Positions 26,838 to 36,002 of a DNA stretch of 64,000 bases are shown one piece after another. The first letter of the stretch is position 1; each line of letters opens with the position of its first letter. A program made the translations under genes and the position numbers. The notes under the pieces were generated by a model. The model did not search any database and had not been told where the DNA came from. It saw nothing but the letters and a program-made list of their open reading frames with translations. The DNA is taken from NCBI GenBank assembly GCA_964493485.1, contig CAZBMQ010000002.1, forward strand, positions 45,335 through 109,334. Direction: 5' to 3'. The DNA comes from an uncultured Candidatus Saccharibacteria bacterium. GTDB taxonomy: Bacteria; Patescibacteriota; Minisyncoccia; Minisyncoccales; JANBVM01.

Positions 26838-29327
26838 TTATATTACTATATTAATTAATTTTCCTGGAACAAAGATAACTTTTTTAACCTTTTTATCCTG
26901 TACTCTCTTTTTAATCTTCTCTCTCTCTAATGTCAACTTTTCTGCTTCTTCTTTTGAAATACCGGCATCCACTTCTATTTTGTCCCGAACCTTGCCATTA
27001 ATCTGGATTATTAAGGTTATTTTTTCTTCCTTTATTAATTCTGAGTCGTATTCAGGCCATTTTTGATTATGTATTGAATCTTGATATCCTAAGTTGTGCC
27101 AAAGTTCTTCTGCAATGTGAGGTGCAAATGGAGCCAATAAGACGAGAAGTTTTTCAAATACATCTTTACCCACTTCTTCTTTCTTTTCGTAGCAAAGATT
27201 AATAAATTCCATAAAAGCAGCAATGGCTGTATTAAACTTCATAAGCTCTATATCTTCTGAAACCTTTTTAATAAGCCTATGAAGCTGTCTGAGAATTTCC
27301 TGGCTGCTTTCCTGTTTCTGACCACACTCCTGTGCCAAATTCCATACTCTGTTTAAAAACCTATTCACTCCTTTTACTCCTTGACTACTCCAATCAATCG
27401 CCTGGTCAAAAGGACCCATAAACATCTCATATACTCTTAATGTATCTGCTCCATATTCTTTAACAATATCATCTGGGTTTATTACATTACCAAAGGACTT
27501 TGACATCTTTCTACCATCTTCTGCCAGCACTGTGCCATGAGATGTTCTCTTTTTATATGGTTCTGGATGCGGAGCAACACCTATATCAAAAAGAAATTTA
27601 TAAATAAATCGAGAATACAACAAATGCAATGTTGTATGCTCCATGCCGCCATTGTACCAATCCACAGGCATCCAGTATTCTGCTTTTTTCTTATCTACAA
27701 TCTCTTTATCATTTTTAGGATCGCAATATCTTAAATAATACCAATTCGAACCTGCCCAATTTGGCATTGTATCTGTTTCTCTCTGGGCTTCACTTTGACA
27801 TTTAGGACATTTAACATTAACCCATTCTTTTATCACAGACAAAGGAGATTCTCCCGTGTCTGTAGGCTTATACTTTTCTACATATGGGAGTTCTATTGGC
27901 AAATCTTCTTCAGAAACAGCAACCCATCCAGGATTTAAAATCTCTCCTTTATTAAATTCTTTTTCAAGTTCAGAGATTAAATTTTGAGCCTTAAAACTCT
28001 CTATTCTTTTTTTACATTCTTTGCAAAAAACCAAAGGAATGGGTTCTCCCCAATAGTGTTGGCGGGAGAATACCCAATCTCTTAATTTGTATTGAACTTT
28101 CTTTCTCCCAAAATTATTCTTTTCCAGCCATTCAGTAATTTTTTCTATAGCTTCTTTTGAAGATAATCCAGTAAATGGTCCTGAATTTACCAAAATACCG
28201 TAGTCCACAAAAGCTTCTTTTGATATATCTCCGCCTTTTACAACTTCCCTTATTTCTAATCCATATCGCTTGGCAAAATCGTAATCTCTTTTATCATGGG
28301 CCGGCACCATCATCACTGCACCTCCCCCATAGGTTGCTACCACATAATCACCAATCCAAATAGGCACCTTCTCATTATTAAGAGGATTTATACAAAAAGC
28401 CCCTGTAAATACTCCTGTTTTTTTCTTTTCTAACTTTGTCCTTTCAAACTCTGATTTTTCTTTTGATTCTTTAATGTATTTTTTAACCTCATCTAAGTGT
28501 TCTTTTGTTACTATCTTTTCTACCAAAGGATGTTCAGGAGCTAACACAAGGGCTGTGACACCAAAAATAGTATCTGCTCTAGTAGTAAATACTTTTATTG
28601 TTTCTTCTAAATTTTCTACTTTAAAATCTATCTCTACTCCATAACTTCTCCCTATCCAATCCATCTGCTGAGCTTTTATTTTATCTAAATAATCAACCTT
28701 ATCTAAATCTTCAATCAATCTATCTGCATATTTTGTAATTTTCAACATCCACTGCTTAAGTTCCTTTTGAGTAACTTGAGCTTTACACCTTTCACACTTC
28801 CCATCAATTACCTCTTCATTAGCTAAACCAATCTTACAAGAAGGACACCAATTAATTGGGATTTTAGCTTGATATGCTAATCCATTCTCAAAAAGTTTTA
28901 AAAAAATCCATTGTGTCCATTTATAATATTTAGGATCTGTTGTATTAACCTCTCTATCCCAATCAAAAGAAAGACCCAAACTCTTCAATTGTCTCTTGAA
29001 ATTTGCTACGTTCTTTTCAGTAGCCTTTGAAGGATGAATTCCTGTTTTAATAGCATAATTCTCTGTGGGCAATCCAAAAGCATCCCAACCTATAGGAAAC
29101 AGAACATTAAAACCCTGCATTCTATATTTTCTAGCTATAGCATCCATTGCAGAGTAGCTCCTGCAATGACCTACATGAAGCCCCTGACCAGAAGGATATG
29201 GAAATTCAACAAGAATATATTTTTTAGGCTTTTCTGAGAAATCTTGAGCCTTATAAAAGCCCTTTTCCTCCCAAAATTTCTGCCATTTTGGCTCTATTTT
29301 CTGAGGCTCGTATTTCATATTTTTCAT
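26838..29327 (-). CDS. leuS: Leucyl-tRNA synthetase
   Basis: Class I aaRS with a HIGH variant (LHVGH), KMSKS, and a CP1 editing domain. Confidence 0.95.
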   Translation of the reverse strand: MKNMKYEPQKIEPKWQKFWEEKGFYKAQDFSEKPKKYILVEFPYPSGQGLHVGHCRSYSAMDAIARKYRMQGFNVLFPIGWDAFGLPTENYAIKTGIHPSKATEKNVANFKRQLKSLGLSFDWDREVNTTDPKYYKWTQWIFLKLFENGLAYQAKIPINWCPSCKIGLANEEVIDGKCERCKAQVTQKELKQWMLKITKYADRLIEDLDKVDYLDKIKAQQMDWIGRSYGVEIDFKVENLEETIKVFTTRADTIFGVTALVLAPEHPLVEKIVTKEHLDEVKKYIKESKEKSEFERTKLEKKKTGVFTGAFCINPLNNEKVPIWIGDYVVATYGGGAVMMVPAHDKRDYDFAKRYGLEIREVVKGGDISKEAFVDYGILVNSGPFTGLSSKEAIEKITEWLEKNNFGRKKVQYKLRDWVFSRQHYWGEPIPLVFCKECKKRIESFKAQNLISELEKEFNKGEILNPGWVAVSEEDLPIELPYVEKYKPTDTGESPLSVIKEWVNVKCPKCQSEAQRETDTMPNWAGSNWYYLRYCDPKNDKEIVDKKKAEYWMPVDWYNGGMEHTTLHLLYSRFIYKFLFDIGVAPHPEPYKKRTSHGTVLAEDGRKMSKSFGNVINPDDIVKEYGADTLRVYEMFMGPFDQAIDWSSQGVKGVNRFLNRVWNLAQECGQKQESSQEILRQLHRLIKKVSEDIELMKFNTAIAAFMEFINLCYEKKEEVGKDVFEKLLVLLAPFAPHIAEELWHNLGYQDSIHNQKWPEYDSELIKEEKITLIIQINGKVRDKIEVDAGISKEEAEKLTLEREKIKKRVQDKKVKKVIFVPGKLINIVI

Positions 29328-29356
29328 ATTATCGCTTAAATTTTAATTTGTAAACC

Positions 29357-29365
29357 TGGTATAAT
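29357..29365 (+). promoter_or_regulatory. Extended -10 promoter for the deacetylase gene
   Basis: TGgTATAAT, then 6 nt to the ATG at 29372. Confidence 0.5.
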
Positions 29366-29371
29366 TAATCA

Positions 29372-30466
29372 ATGAAAACAGCTTTAGTGTATAATCCAAA
29401 ATTAAAAGACTACAGTTTTGGCAAAGGACATCCTTTTACTAGCGAGCGTTTTGAAAATTTTCTTAATTTTGCGAAAAAAAAGCTATCTAATTTTCGAAAT
29501 ATCTTTGAAGAAATCATCTCAGAACCAGCTACCAAAGAGGATCTGAAACTAATTCATACCAAAACATATATTGATATTATTTCAAAAGCTTCGAAAGGCA
29601 TCTTTTTGCCAAATATTTTTCTTTACGCTACTCAAGATAACTTTAATCCCTCCACAGGATATCTGCCAAAAGGAATAGATGCAGCTGCGAGAATAGCTGT
29701 AGGGGTCTCGTTAAAAGCTAGCCAATTGGTTTTTGAAGGAAAATTTAAAAAAGCAATCGCTCTAGGCGGAGGACTCCATCATGCTAAAAAAGAAAAAGGG
29801 GAAGGTTTTTGTATATATAATGATGTTGCTATCTGCGCGAAAAAACTGCTTTTGCAAGGATTAAAAAGAATCTTAATTTTAGATACAGATGCTCATGCCG
29901 GAAATGGAACGGCTGAAGCTTTCTATGAGGAAAACCGAGTTTTATTTATTGATATCCATCAAGACCCTTCAACTCTGTATCCCGGAACAGGTTTTATTTA
30001 TGAATTAGGTAAAGGGAAGGGCGAAGGTTTTACAATAAATATACCTCTACCTCCAGGAGCCAGTGATAAATCTTATGAATATGTGTTCGAAGAAATAATT
30101 TTGCCTCTGGTTAAAGAGTTTAAACCAGAGATTATCATAAGAAATGGCGGTTCTGATCCTTATTTTGCGGATGGACTGACTAATTTAGGATTAACGCTGG
30201 ATGGATTCAGAATGATTGGAGAAAAAGTAAGAATCTTATCTGAAAAACTTTGTAATGGAAAGGAGATTGACCTTATAGCTTCTGGATATAATCCAAAAGT
30301 ATTGCCTTTGGCATGGCTTTCTTTAATCTCAGGGCTTTTAGGTTTGGAGTTGAAAATAAAAGAGCTCAAAGAACCAATATTTTCAAAAGACTTCAAACTG
30401 AAAGAAACAAAAGAAGTAGTAAAAGAATTAAAATCTTATCTAAAAAAATATTGGAAATGTTTTTAA
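29372..30466 (+). CDS. Histone deacetylase / acetoin-utilisation (AcuC) / acetylpolyamine amidohydrolase family protein
   Basis: Blocks GGLHHAKKEKGEGFCIYND, DTDAHAGNGT (the metal ligands D, H) and a late SGY. Confidence 0.85.
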   Translation: MKTALVYNPKLKDYSFGKGHPFTSERFENFLNFAKKKLSNFRNIFEEIISEPATKEDLKLIHTKTYIDIISKASKGIFLPNIFLYATQDNFNPSTGYLPKGIDAAARIAVGVSLKASQLVFEGKFKKAIALGGGLHHAKKEKGEGFCIYNDVAICAKKLLLQGLKRILILDTDAHAGNGTAEAFYEENRVLFIDIHQDPSTLYPGTGFIYELGKGKGEGFTINIPLPPGASDKSYEYVFEEIILPLVKEFKPEIIIRNGGSDPYFADGLTNLGLTLDGFRMIGEKVRILSEKLCNGKEIDLIASGYNPKVLPLAWLSLISGLLGLELKIKELKEPIFSKDFKLKETKEVVKELKSYLKKYWKCF

Positions 30467-30501
30467 TTAAAACAAAATAATACCCCTCAACCACACTAGC
30501 A

Positions 30502-30547
30502 CACTAATAACCTAAATTGTACGATCGTACAATTTAGGTTATTAGTG
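30502..30547. repeat. 46-bp perfect palindrome
   Basis: CACTAATAACCTAAATTGTACGA|TCGTACAATTTAGGTTATTAGTG, centred on CGATCG, in the gap between convergent genes. Confidence 0.95.
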
Positions 30548-30565
30548 GGCTGTTAAATCCCTATC

Positions 30566-30635
30566 TACTGTTTCTTACTGTTACCTAGTGTTACCTAGTG
30601 TTTTTTACTGTTATCTATTGTTATCTATATTCTCT
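30566..30635. repeat. Tandem array of about 7 degenerate 10-bp units
   Basis: Units: tactgtttct tactgttacc tagtgttacc tagtgttttt tactgttatc tattgttatc tatattctct. The core TGTT recurs every 10 bp. Confidence 0.9.
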
Positions 30636-30640
30636 AAAGA

Positions 30641-31477
30641 TTATATTTTGAATAATTTTTTTGCATTTTTGGTTGTAACATCTGCAAGCTCTCCCAGGCT
30701 TATTTTTTTTACATCAGCTATAGTCTGGGCAATATATTTTACAAAAACTGGCTCATTTCGTTCTTTTTTAACCTCAGGTGGTATTAAATAAGGACAATCT
30801 GTTTCAACTAAAATTCTTTCAAGCGGCGTATATCTTATAGCTTCTTTGAAATTAACCCCTTCAATGTTTTTATAAATTATCCCATTAAAACCAATATAAA
30901 AACCGAGATTTAAAAAATCTTTTAACTCATTTATTCCCCCAACAAAGCTATGGGCTACAGCTCTCTCAGGAAATACTTTTGAGCTTTGTCGTAAAAACTC
31001 AATCAAATCTTGATGTGCCATTCTGCAATGAAATATTACAGGTAAATTAAGCTCTTTTGCCAAACTTAATTCCTGATAAAGCAATTCTTTTTGTCTTTGT
31101 TTGAACAGCTCTTTTTTTCTCTTTGTTTTTGGCTTCCAATAATAGTCAAACCCAATTTCTCCTATTGCCACAACTTTTTCAGAACTTGCTAATTTTTTGT
31201 ATTGTCCATAATCAAAATTAACTTCAAAATGTTTCCCTTCTTTAGGGTCGATTTTTATCTTAACCAAACCTGTTTCCAGATTAATAGGATGCAAACCAAC
31301 AGAAGCCAAAACTCCTTCCTTATAGTTCTCTGCTATCGCTACTGCTTTTCTTGAAGTTTCAAGATTTGTACCAATATTAACAACCCAAATGTTATTGTCT
31401 AAACATCTTTTGATGACCTCTTTTCTATCTTTATCAAAGGCTGCAAAATTCAAATGTGCGTGTGTATCAATCAGCAT
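30641..31477 (-). CDS. tatD: TatD-family metal-dependent hydrolase
   Basis: N-terminal LIDTHAHLNF and the later metal-ligand blocks IGEIGFDY, FHCR, ETDCPYL. Confidence 0.9.
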   Translation of the reverse strand: MLIDTHAHLNFAAFDKDRKEVIKRCLDNNIWVVNIGTNLETSRKAVAIAENYKEGVLASVGLHPINLETGLVKIKIDPKEGKHFEVNFDYGQYKKLASSEKVVAIGEIGFDYYWKPKTKRKKELFKQRQKELLYQELSLAKELNLPVIFHCRMAHQDLIEFLRQSSKVFPERAVAHSFVGGINELKDFLNLGFYIGFNGIIYKNIEGVNFKEAIRYTPLERILVETDCPYLIPPEVKKERNEPVFVKYIAQTIADVKKISLGELADVTTKNAKKLFKI

Positions 31478-31500
31478 ATAGTTTTATTTTATATTTTTTA

Positions 31501-31535
31501 AAAAAATAAAAAAACTCCCCAATGAAATAAGGGAG
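31501..31535 (-). terminator. Candidate rho-independent terminator after the 111-aa ORF
   Basis: Minus strand reads CTCCC-11 nt-GGGAG followed by TTTTTTATTTTTTT. Confidence 0.45.
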
Positions 31536-31547
31536 ATTAAGAGATGT

Positions 31548-31883
31548 TTACTTCTTAAACCATCTCTTTTTAGAAGAAACGAATGGTTCTTTTTTCTCAT
31601 CAAATAAAAATGAATCTACTGTATTAATAAACCCTTTTTGCTCCAATGTTCCTTCCTCAAATAGAGAAGTTACAAGAGTATCTAATATCTCCTTTGTAAA
31701 TTTTTCTAAAACCAGAATTAATCTCCGCTGAGTGGATGTTCTCGGATAAAGAATAATTCTTCTGCTTCTTAAAGCTATCCATAATTGATAAGTACCAGGG
31801 TAATCTTGAACAAGCTCTTTTATTTTCTCTAAGAAATCAGTCACCTGTTTTTCTTCTACTCCATTATAAATTACCAAAGGCAC
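31548..31883 (-). CDS. Hypothetical 111-aa protein (GTG/TTG start)
   Basis: ORF with a downstream terminator-like hairpin. There is no internal Met and no recognisable motif. Confidence 0.5.
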   Translation of the reverse strand: MPLVIYNGVEEKQVTDFLEKIKELVQDYPGTYQLWIALRSRRIILYPRTSTQRRLILVLEKFTKEILDTLVTSLFEEGTLEQKGFINTVDSFLFDEKKEPFVSSKKRWFKK

Positions 31884-32030
31884 CTTTATATCACTTTTAA
31901 AATTTTATTTTTTAAATATACTATTTTGGTAATATCACATTATCACATCTTTTCCTAAAGTCAATCCTATACATCTTTCCTATTTATTAAATCTTTTTTA
32001 TCAAATCTTTTTTTATTTCTTATTTTTTTA

Positions 32031-32074
32031 TTCATACGCGTTAATTTCTGATATCCGAAATTAACGCGTATGAA
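32031..32074. repeat. 18-bp-stem inverted repeat with T-rich 5' and A-rich 3' flanks
   Basis: TTCATACGCGTTAATTTC-tgatatcc-GAAATTAACGCGTATGAA. The flanking T- and A-runs could extend the stem. Confidence 0.85.
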
Positions 32075-32118
32075 AAGAAAGCAAAAAATAAAAGAAAAAT
32101 AGAGAAAAAAGAGAAAAA

Positions 32119-33594
32119 TTAAGAGACAATCCTTGGAAAAAGAGCTTTTCCTTTCTCAACCAAAAAAATACATTCTTTACCATCTGACTCTATTCCAAGT
32201 TGACATAATATCTCGTCAGAAGTTTTGGGCATAAAAGGCTTTAACATCTTTGCGATCTCTGAAATAGTAAAAAGTAAACACAACACACATATCCTCTGAA
32301 TATCTGTTTTTTTCCACACTCTTTTGGCCTCAATATATTGATCACAAAAACCAATCAAATCCCAAACTGAAGCCAAGGCTTCATCAAATCTTAGTATATT
32401 CAAGGCTTTATGATACTTTTCCCAAGCATTGTCTATTTCTTCTCGAAATTCTGTATTCTGTATCTCTGCAATCTTCAAAATCTCTTTTTTAAAACCGGAT
32501 TTTTCTGCTATCGAGGTAAGCCGAGCTAATAAATTACCAAGTCCTTTAGCTAAATCCGCATTATACTTTTCTCTTAACTTATCCCAAGAAATATCTCCAT
32601 CTCTTCCAAAAGGACAGATTGATAAAAGTAAATAACGCGCGCCGTCTACCCCAAACCTTTCAATCAATTCTTCTGGCCATATCACATTACCTAAAGACTT
32701 ACTCATTTTCTGGCCTTCTATAGTAAAATATCCGTGAACAAACAACTGTTTTGGCAAAGGAATACCCAAACCTAAAAGAATCGCAGGCCAAATAGTGGCA
32801 TGAACCCTGAGAATATCTTTTGCCATTAATTGAACATTAGCAGGCCAGAATTCTGGTATTTTATCCGGATCCCCTTCCCAACCAATTCCAGTAAGATAAT
32901 TTAAGAAGGCATCAATCCAAACATATGTAGTAAGATGAGGGGCAAAAGGCAAAGGAATACCCCATTTTACCTTTTTCCGAGAAATAGAAATATCTCGCAA
33001 ACCTCCTTTCAAAAACTCTAATACTTCTTTTTTCTTATCTTCTGGTCTTATCAAGAGCTCGTCGTTCCTTATCTTTTCTTCAAGCTCTTTTTCAAATTTG
33101 GAAAGCCTAAAAAGATAACTTTCTTCTTCCAATATCTCAGGCTTGGTCTTATGATCAGGACATTTCCCATCCACCAAATCACTCTCTGTTTTATACTGCT
33201 CACATCCCAAACAATAAAGTCCTTTATACACTCCTTTGTAAATCAATCCTTTTTTATATAAAACCTCCAAGGCTCTTTCTATAACCCTTATATGATCAGG
33301 ATCAGTAGTTCTTATAAAATTATCATAAGAGATATTTAATTTCTCCCACGCATCTTTAAATTTCTCAGCATTCTCATCACACAACTGCTTAGGTTCTTTA
33401 TTCAACTTCTTTGCAACCTGCTCGATTTTACCGCCATGCTCATCTGTGCCTGTTAAAAAAAATACTTTTTCTCCTTTTTGTCTGTGATACCGAGCCAAAA
33501 CATCAGCAGCTATAGTGGTATAAGCATGGCCTAAATGAGTCTTATCGTTTACATAATAGATTGGAGTTGTAACATAAAATTTCTTTTCTGGCAT
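32119..33594 (-). CDS. metG: Methionyl-tRNA synthetase (short form)
   Basis: Blocks PIYYVNDKTHLGH and KMSKSLGN, and a zinc-knuckle CLGCEQY...CPDH. Confidence 0.95.
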   Translation of the reverse strand: MPEKKFYVTTPIYYVNDKTHLGHAYTTIAADVLARYHRQKGEKVFFLTGTDEHGGKIEQVAKKLNKEPKQLCDENAEKFKDAWEKLNISYDNFIRTTDPDHIRVIERALEVLYKKGLIYKGVYKGLYCLGCEQYKTESDLVDGKCPDHKTKPEILEEESYLFRLSKFEKELEEKIRNDELLIRPEDKKKEVLEFLKGGLRDISISRKKVKWGIPLPFAPHLTTYVWIDAFLNYLTGIGWEGDPDKIPEFWPANVQLMAKDILRVHATIWPAILLGLGIPLPKQLFVHGYFTIEGQKMSKSLGNVIWPEELIERFGVDGARYLLLSICPFGRDGDISWDKLREKYNADLAKGLGNLLARLTSIAEKSGFKKEILKIAEIQNTEFREEIDNAWEKYHKALNILRFDEALASVWDLIGFCDQYIEAKRVWKKTDIQRICVLCLLFTISEIAKMLKPFMPKTSDEILCQLGIESDGKECIFLVEKGKALFPRIVS

Positions 33595-33692
33595 AATTTC
33601 TTAAAAACCACAAAATATTCTATTATTAAAAATAAATCAACCTTTTAAGGTTTTTATGGAGTTGAGATTTGTAAAATTTTTAAAAATCTCAA

Positions 33693-34721
33693 CTAAATAT
33701 TGGACAACATCTCTTCTTTTCTCTTCTTTAAAAAATCTTTTAAAAACTCATAAATAACACTCGTTAAGGGAATAGTTAAAATAGCTCCCAACACTCCCCA
33801 CAGTCTTCCCCCTATTAATAAAGCTACCAAAACTAAAATTGCAGGAAGCCCGACAAACTTTTTTGTTAACACCGGCGTAAGGATATTCCCTTCTATTTGT
33901 TGAATTAAAATAAAAGCAATCAATACAAATAATGCCTTTAGCCAAGAATCCAAAGCAATCAATATCACAATCAACATGCCTGCAAAGATAGGTCCTAAAA
34001 CCGGGATAATATCCATTACTCCAGAGAACACACTTAAAACAAAGGCATAATTAATATTAAAAACACTGAGTGTGATATAAGAAAGCAATCCTACAAAAAG
34101 AGCACTTAATATTCTGGTACCAAACCAAGCAGCAGTCTTTATTTGACACCTTTCCCATAAATCCAAAAAATAAGCTTCTGTTTTTTTAGGAACAACAAGC
34201 TCAATAGCTTCCTTCACTTTGTCTTTCTCAATAGAAAAGAAAATAGCCATAGCAAAGATGGTCACAGTAGAAAAAATCCCTCCAAAAATAGAAATTACAG
34301 CTCCAAATATACTTGAAGAAACCTTTACCAACCAATCTTGAAGAGCCTGAGTAAAGGTCTCAAAACTTTCAAAGGCTTCAAGCTTCAATCCTCTTAAAGG
34401 AGGAGCTAACTTCTCAAAATATTGCGGAAAAAGCTGAGTGAATTGCTGAATTTCAAAAATAAACACTGGTATAGTCCAATAAAGAAGAAATGTCAAAATT
34501 CCAAAAAATGCAACATATACAAATATTGTTGCTATAACCCTAGGTATTCTAAGTCTTTCTAAAAAATCAACTGCTGGGTTAAACAGAATAGAAATTATTA
34601 ATGCAAAAAGAATCCAAATCAAAATATCTTTTGTTAGATAAAGAATATAAAAACCCAAAAACACAATTGCAATTTTCAAAATTGTTCCCCAGGAAATGTC
34701 TAAAATTTGTTCTTCGTTCAT
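33693..34721 (-). CDS. AI-2E family transporter (UPF0118/PerM-like)
   Basis: About 8 TM segments with the characteristic C-terminal IPVLGPIF...QQIEGNILTP block. Confidence 0.85.
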   Translation of the reverse strand: MNEEQILDISWGTILKIAIVFLGFYILYLTKDILIWILFALIISILFNPAVDFLERLRIPRVIATIFVYVAFFGILTFLLYWTIPVFIFEIQQFTQLFPQYFEKLAPPLRGLKLEAFESFETFTQALQDWLVKVSSSIFGAVISIFGGIFSTVTIFAMAIFFSIEKDKVKEAIELVVPKKTEAYFLDLWERCQIKTAAWFGTRILSALFVGLLSYITLSVFNINYAFVLSVFSGVMDIIPVLGPIFAGMLIVILIALDSWLKALFVLIAFILIQQIEGNILTPVLTKKFVGLPAILVLVALLIGGRLWGVLGAILTIPLTSVIYEFLKDFLKKRKEEMLSNI

Positions 34722-35983
34722 ATTTTTAATAATTTTTGAAACCTTTCTTTGTCCTTAAAAGGCCCTATGATAGCTAGATTTAACTTGGAAGGTTGAAAAA
34801 TATCTCTCGCTACTTTTAAGATATCAAGAGAGGAAACCTTGTCAATTTTCTTAAAGATTTGTTCTGGCGTCAAAATCTTTTTTTCCAAAATCTCTTGGTT
34901 GGCAAAAAAGGAAGCCTTGGCGTCTGAAGATTCCAGCAAAAGTGCAGTCTTCCCTTTAATATAATCTTTTGCTTTCTTAAGCTCCTCTTGCGGCACTTTT
35001 TCTCTGCATAGTTTTTTATATTCCTCTAAGATAGCTAAAATCACTTCCTCTATTCTTTTATCATCCACTCCTGCCCTGGTAACCAAATATCCTGTGTCAG
35101 GATCAGCAGAAGAATCAGTGCTAATGTAATAAGCAGCTCCCATTTGTTCTCTTATTTTAATAAACAAGCGAGAACTCATCATCCCTCCTAAAATAATGGA
35201 TAATAATTTTTGTGCATATCTCTGAGGATTGAAAAGATTATATGCTCTTACTCCTAAATATAAATGGGCCTGGTCTGTTTTTCTTTTATGTAAAAGCAAT
35301 TTTGGTTCTGATTGCTTCTCTTTCACAGGTGGTTTTTTAAAAGGTTGTGTCTTTTTAATTTTTGAAAAGTATTTCTTTACTTTCTTTACAGCCAAAGAAT
35401 TGCTAACCCTTCCTGCTATACACACAATTGTGTTTGATGCAACATATTGGTTCTTCATATATTCTAATAATTTTCCTCGGGTAATTCTGCTTACAGTTTC
35501 TTTTGTACCCGCAATATCCCAGCCTGCCGGCTGATCTCCATACAAAAGCTTTTCCCATAATATTTCAATATAAGACATTGGGTGGTCATAACGCATATTA
35601 ATCTCTTCAATAATCACTCCTTTTTCTTTTTCTATTTCCTCTTTTGGCAGGGTGGAGTTTAAATAAATATCAGAAACCCAATCCAAAGCTGTTTCAAAAT
35701 GGTCTGAAGCTACTTTTGCAAAATATCCTGTATATTCCTGAGAGGTAAAGGCATTGTAAATCCCCCCTATTCTGTCTAATGTTTCACTGATAGCAATAGG
35801 GGAAGGTCTTTTTTTAGTTCCTTTAAAGTACATATGCTCTAAAAAATGAGAAATTCCATTAATGTCTTTTGTTTCATATTTTGAACCAGTGCCCACCAAT
35901 ACCAAAACCGTCACAGCCTGTGTGGTCTTTTGCGGAACCGTAATAATTCTTAATCCATTTTTTAAAGTAGTTTTTTTAAACAT
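34718..35983 (-). CDS. M16 (pitrilysin/insulinase) family zinc peptidase
   Basis: Inverted zinc motif HFLEH plus a downstream E; two-domain length. Confidence 0.85.
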   Translation of the reverse strand: MFKKTTLKNGLRIITVPQKTTQAVTVLVLVGTGSKYETKDINGISHFLEHMYFKGTKKRPSPIAISETLDRIGGIYNAFTSQEYTGYFAKVASDHFETALDWVSDIYLNSTLPKEEIEKEKGVIIEEINMRYDHPMSYIEILWEKLLYGDQPAGWDIAGTKETVSRITRGKLLEYMKNQYVASNTIVCIAGRVSNSLAVKKVKKYFSKIKKTQPFKKPPVKEKQSEPKLLLHKRKTDQAHLYLGVRAYNLFNPQRYAQKLLSIILGGMMSSRLFIKIREQMGAAYYISTDSSADPDTGYLVTRAGVDDKRIEEVILAILEEYKKLCREKVPQEELKKAKDYIKGKTALLLESSDAKASFFANQEILEKKILTPEQIFKKIDKVSSLDILKVARDIFQPSKLNLAIIGPFKDKERFQKLLKI

Positions 35984-36002
35984 CCCTTTTTTCAGATATG
36001 GT

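Noticed and set aside
29880-29910. Deacetylase possibly inactive because DTDAHAGNG deviates from the D.D.HHGDG motif.
   Set aside because: The metal-ligand Asp and His, the upstream catalytic HH pair and the late Tyr (SGY) are all present. GNG variants are common in polyamine deacetylases.
30566-30635. Possible CRISPR array or CRISPR remnant.
   Set aside because: The units are 10 bp and directly abutting with no spacers. There are no cas genes in the window.
30588-30791. 67-aa plus-strand ORF covering the repeat array.
   Set aside because: It is translated from the repeat and then runs antisense into tatD. It is hydrophobic low-complexity and not credible.
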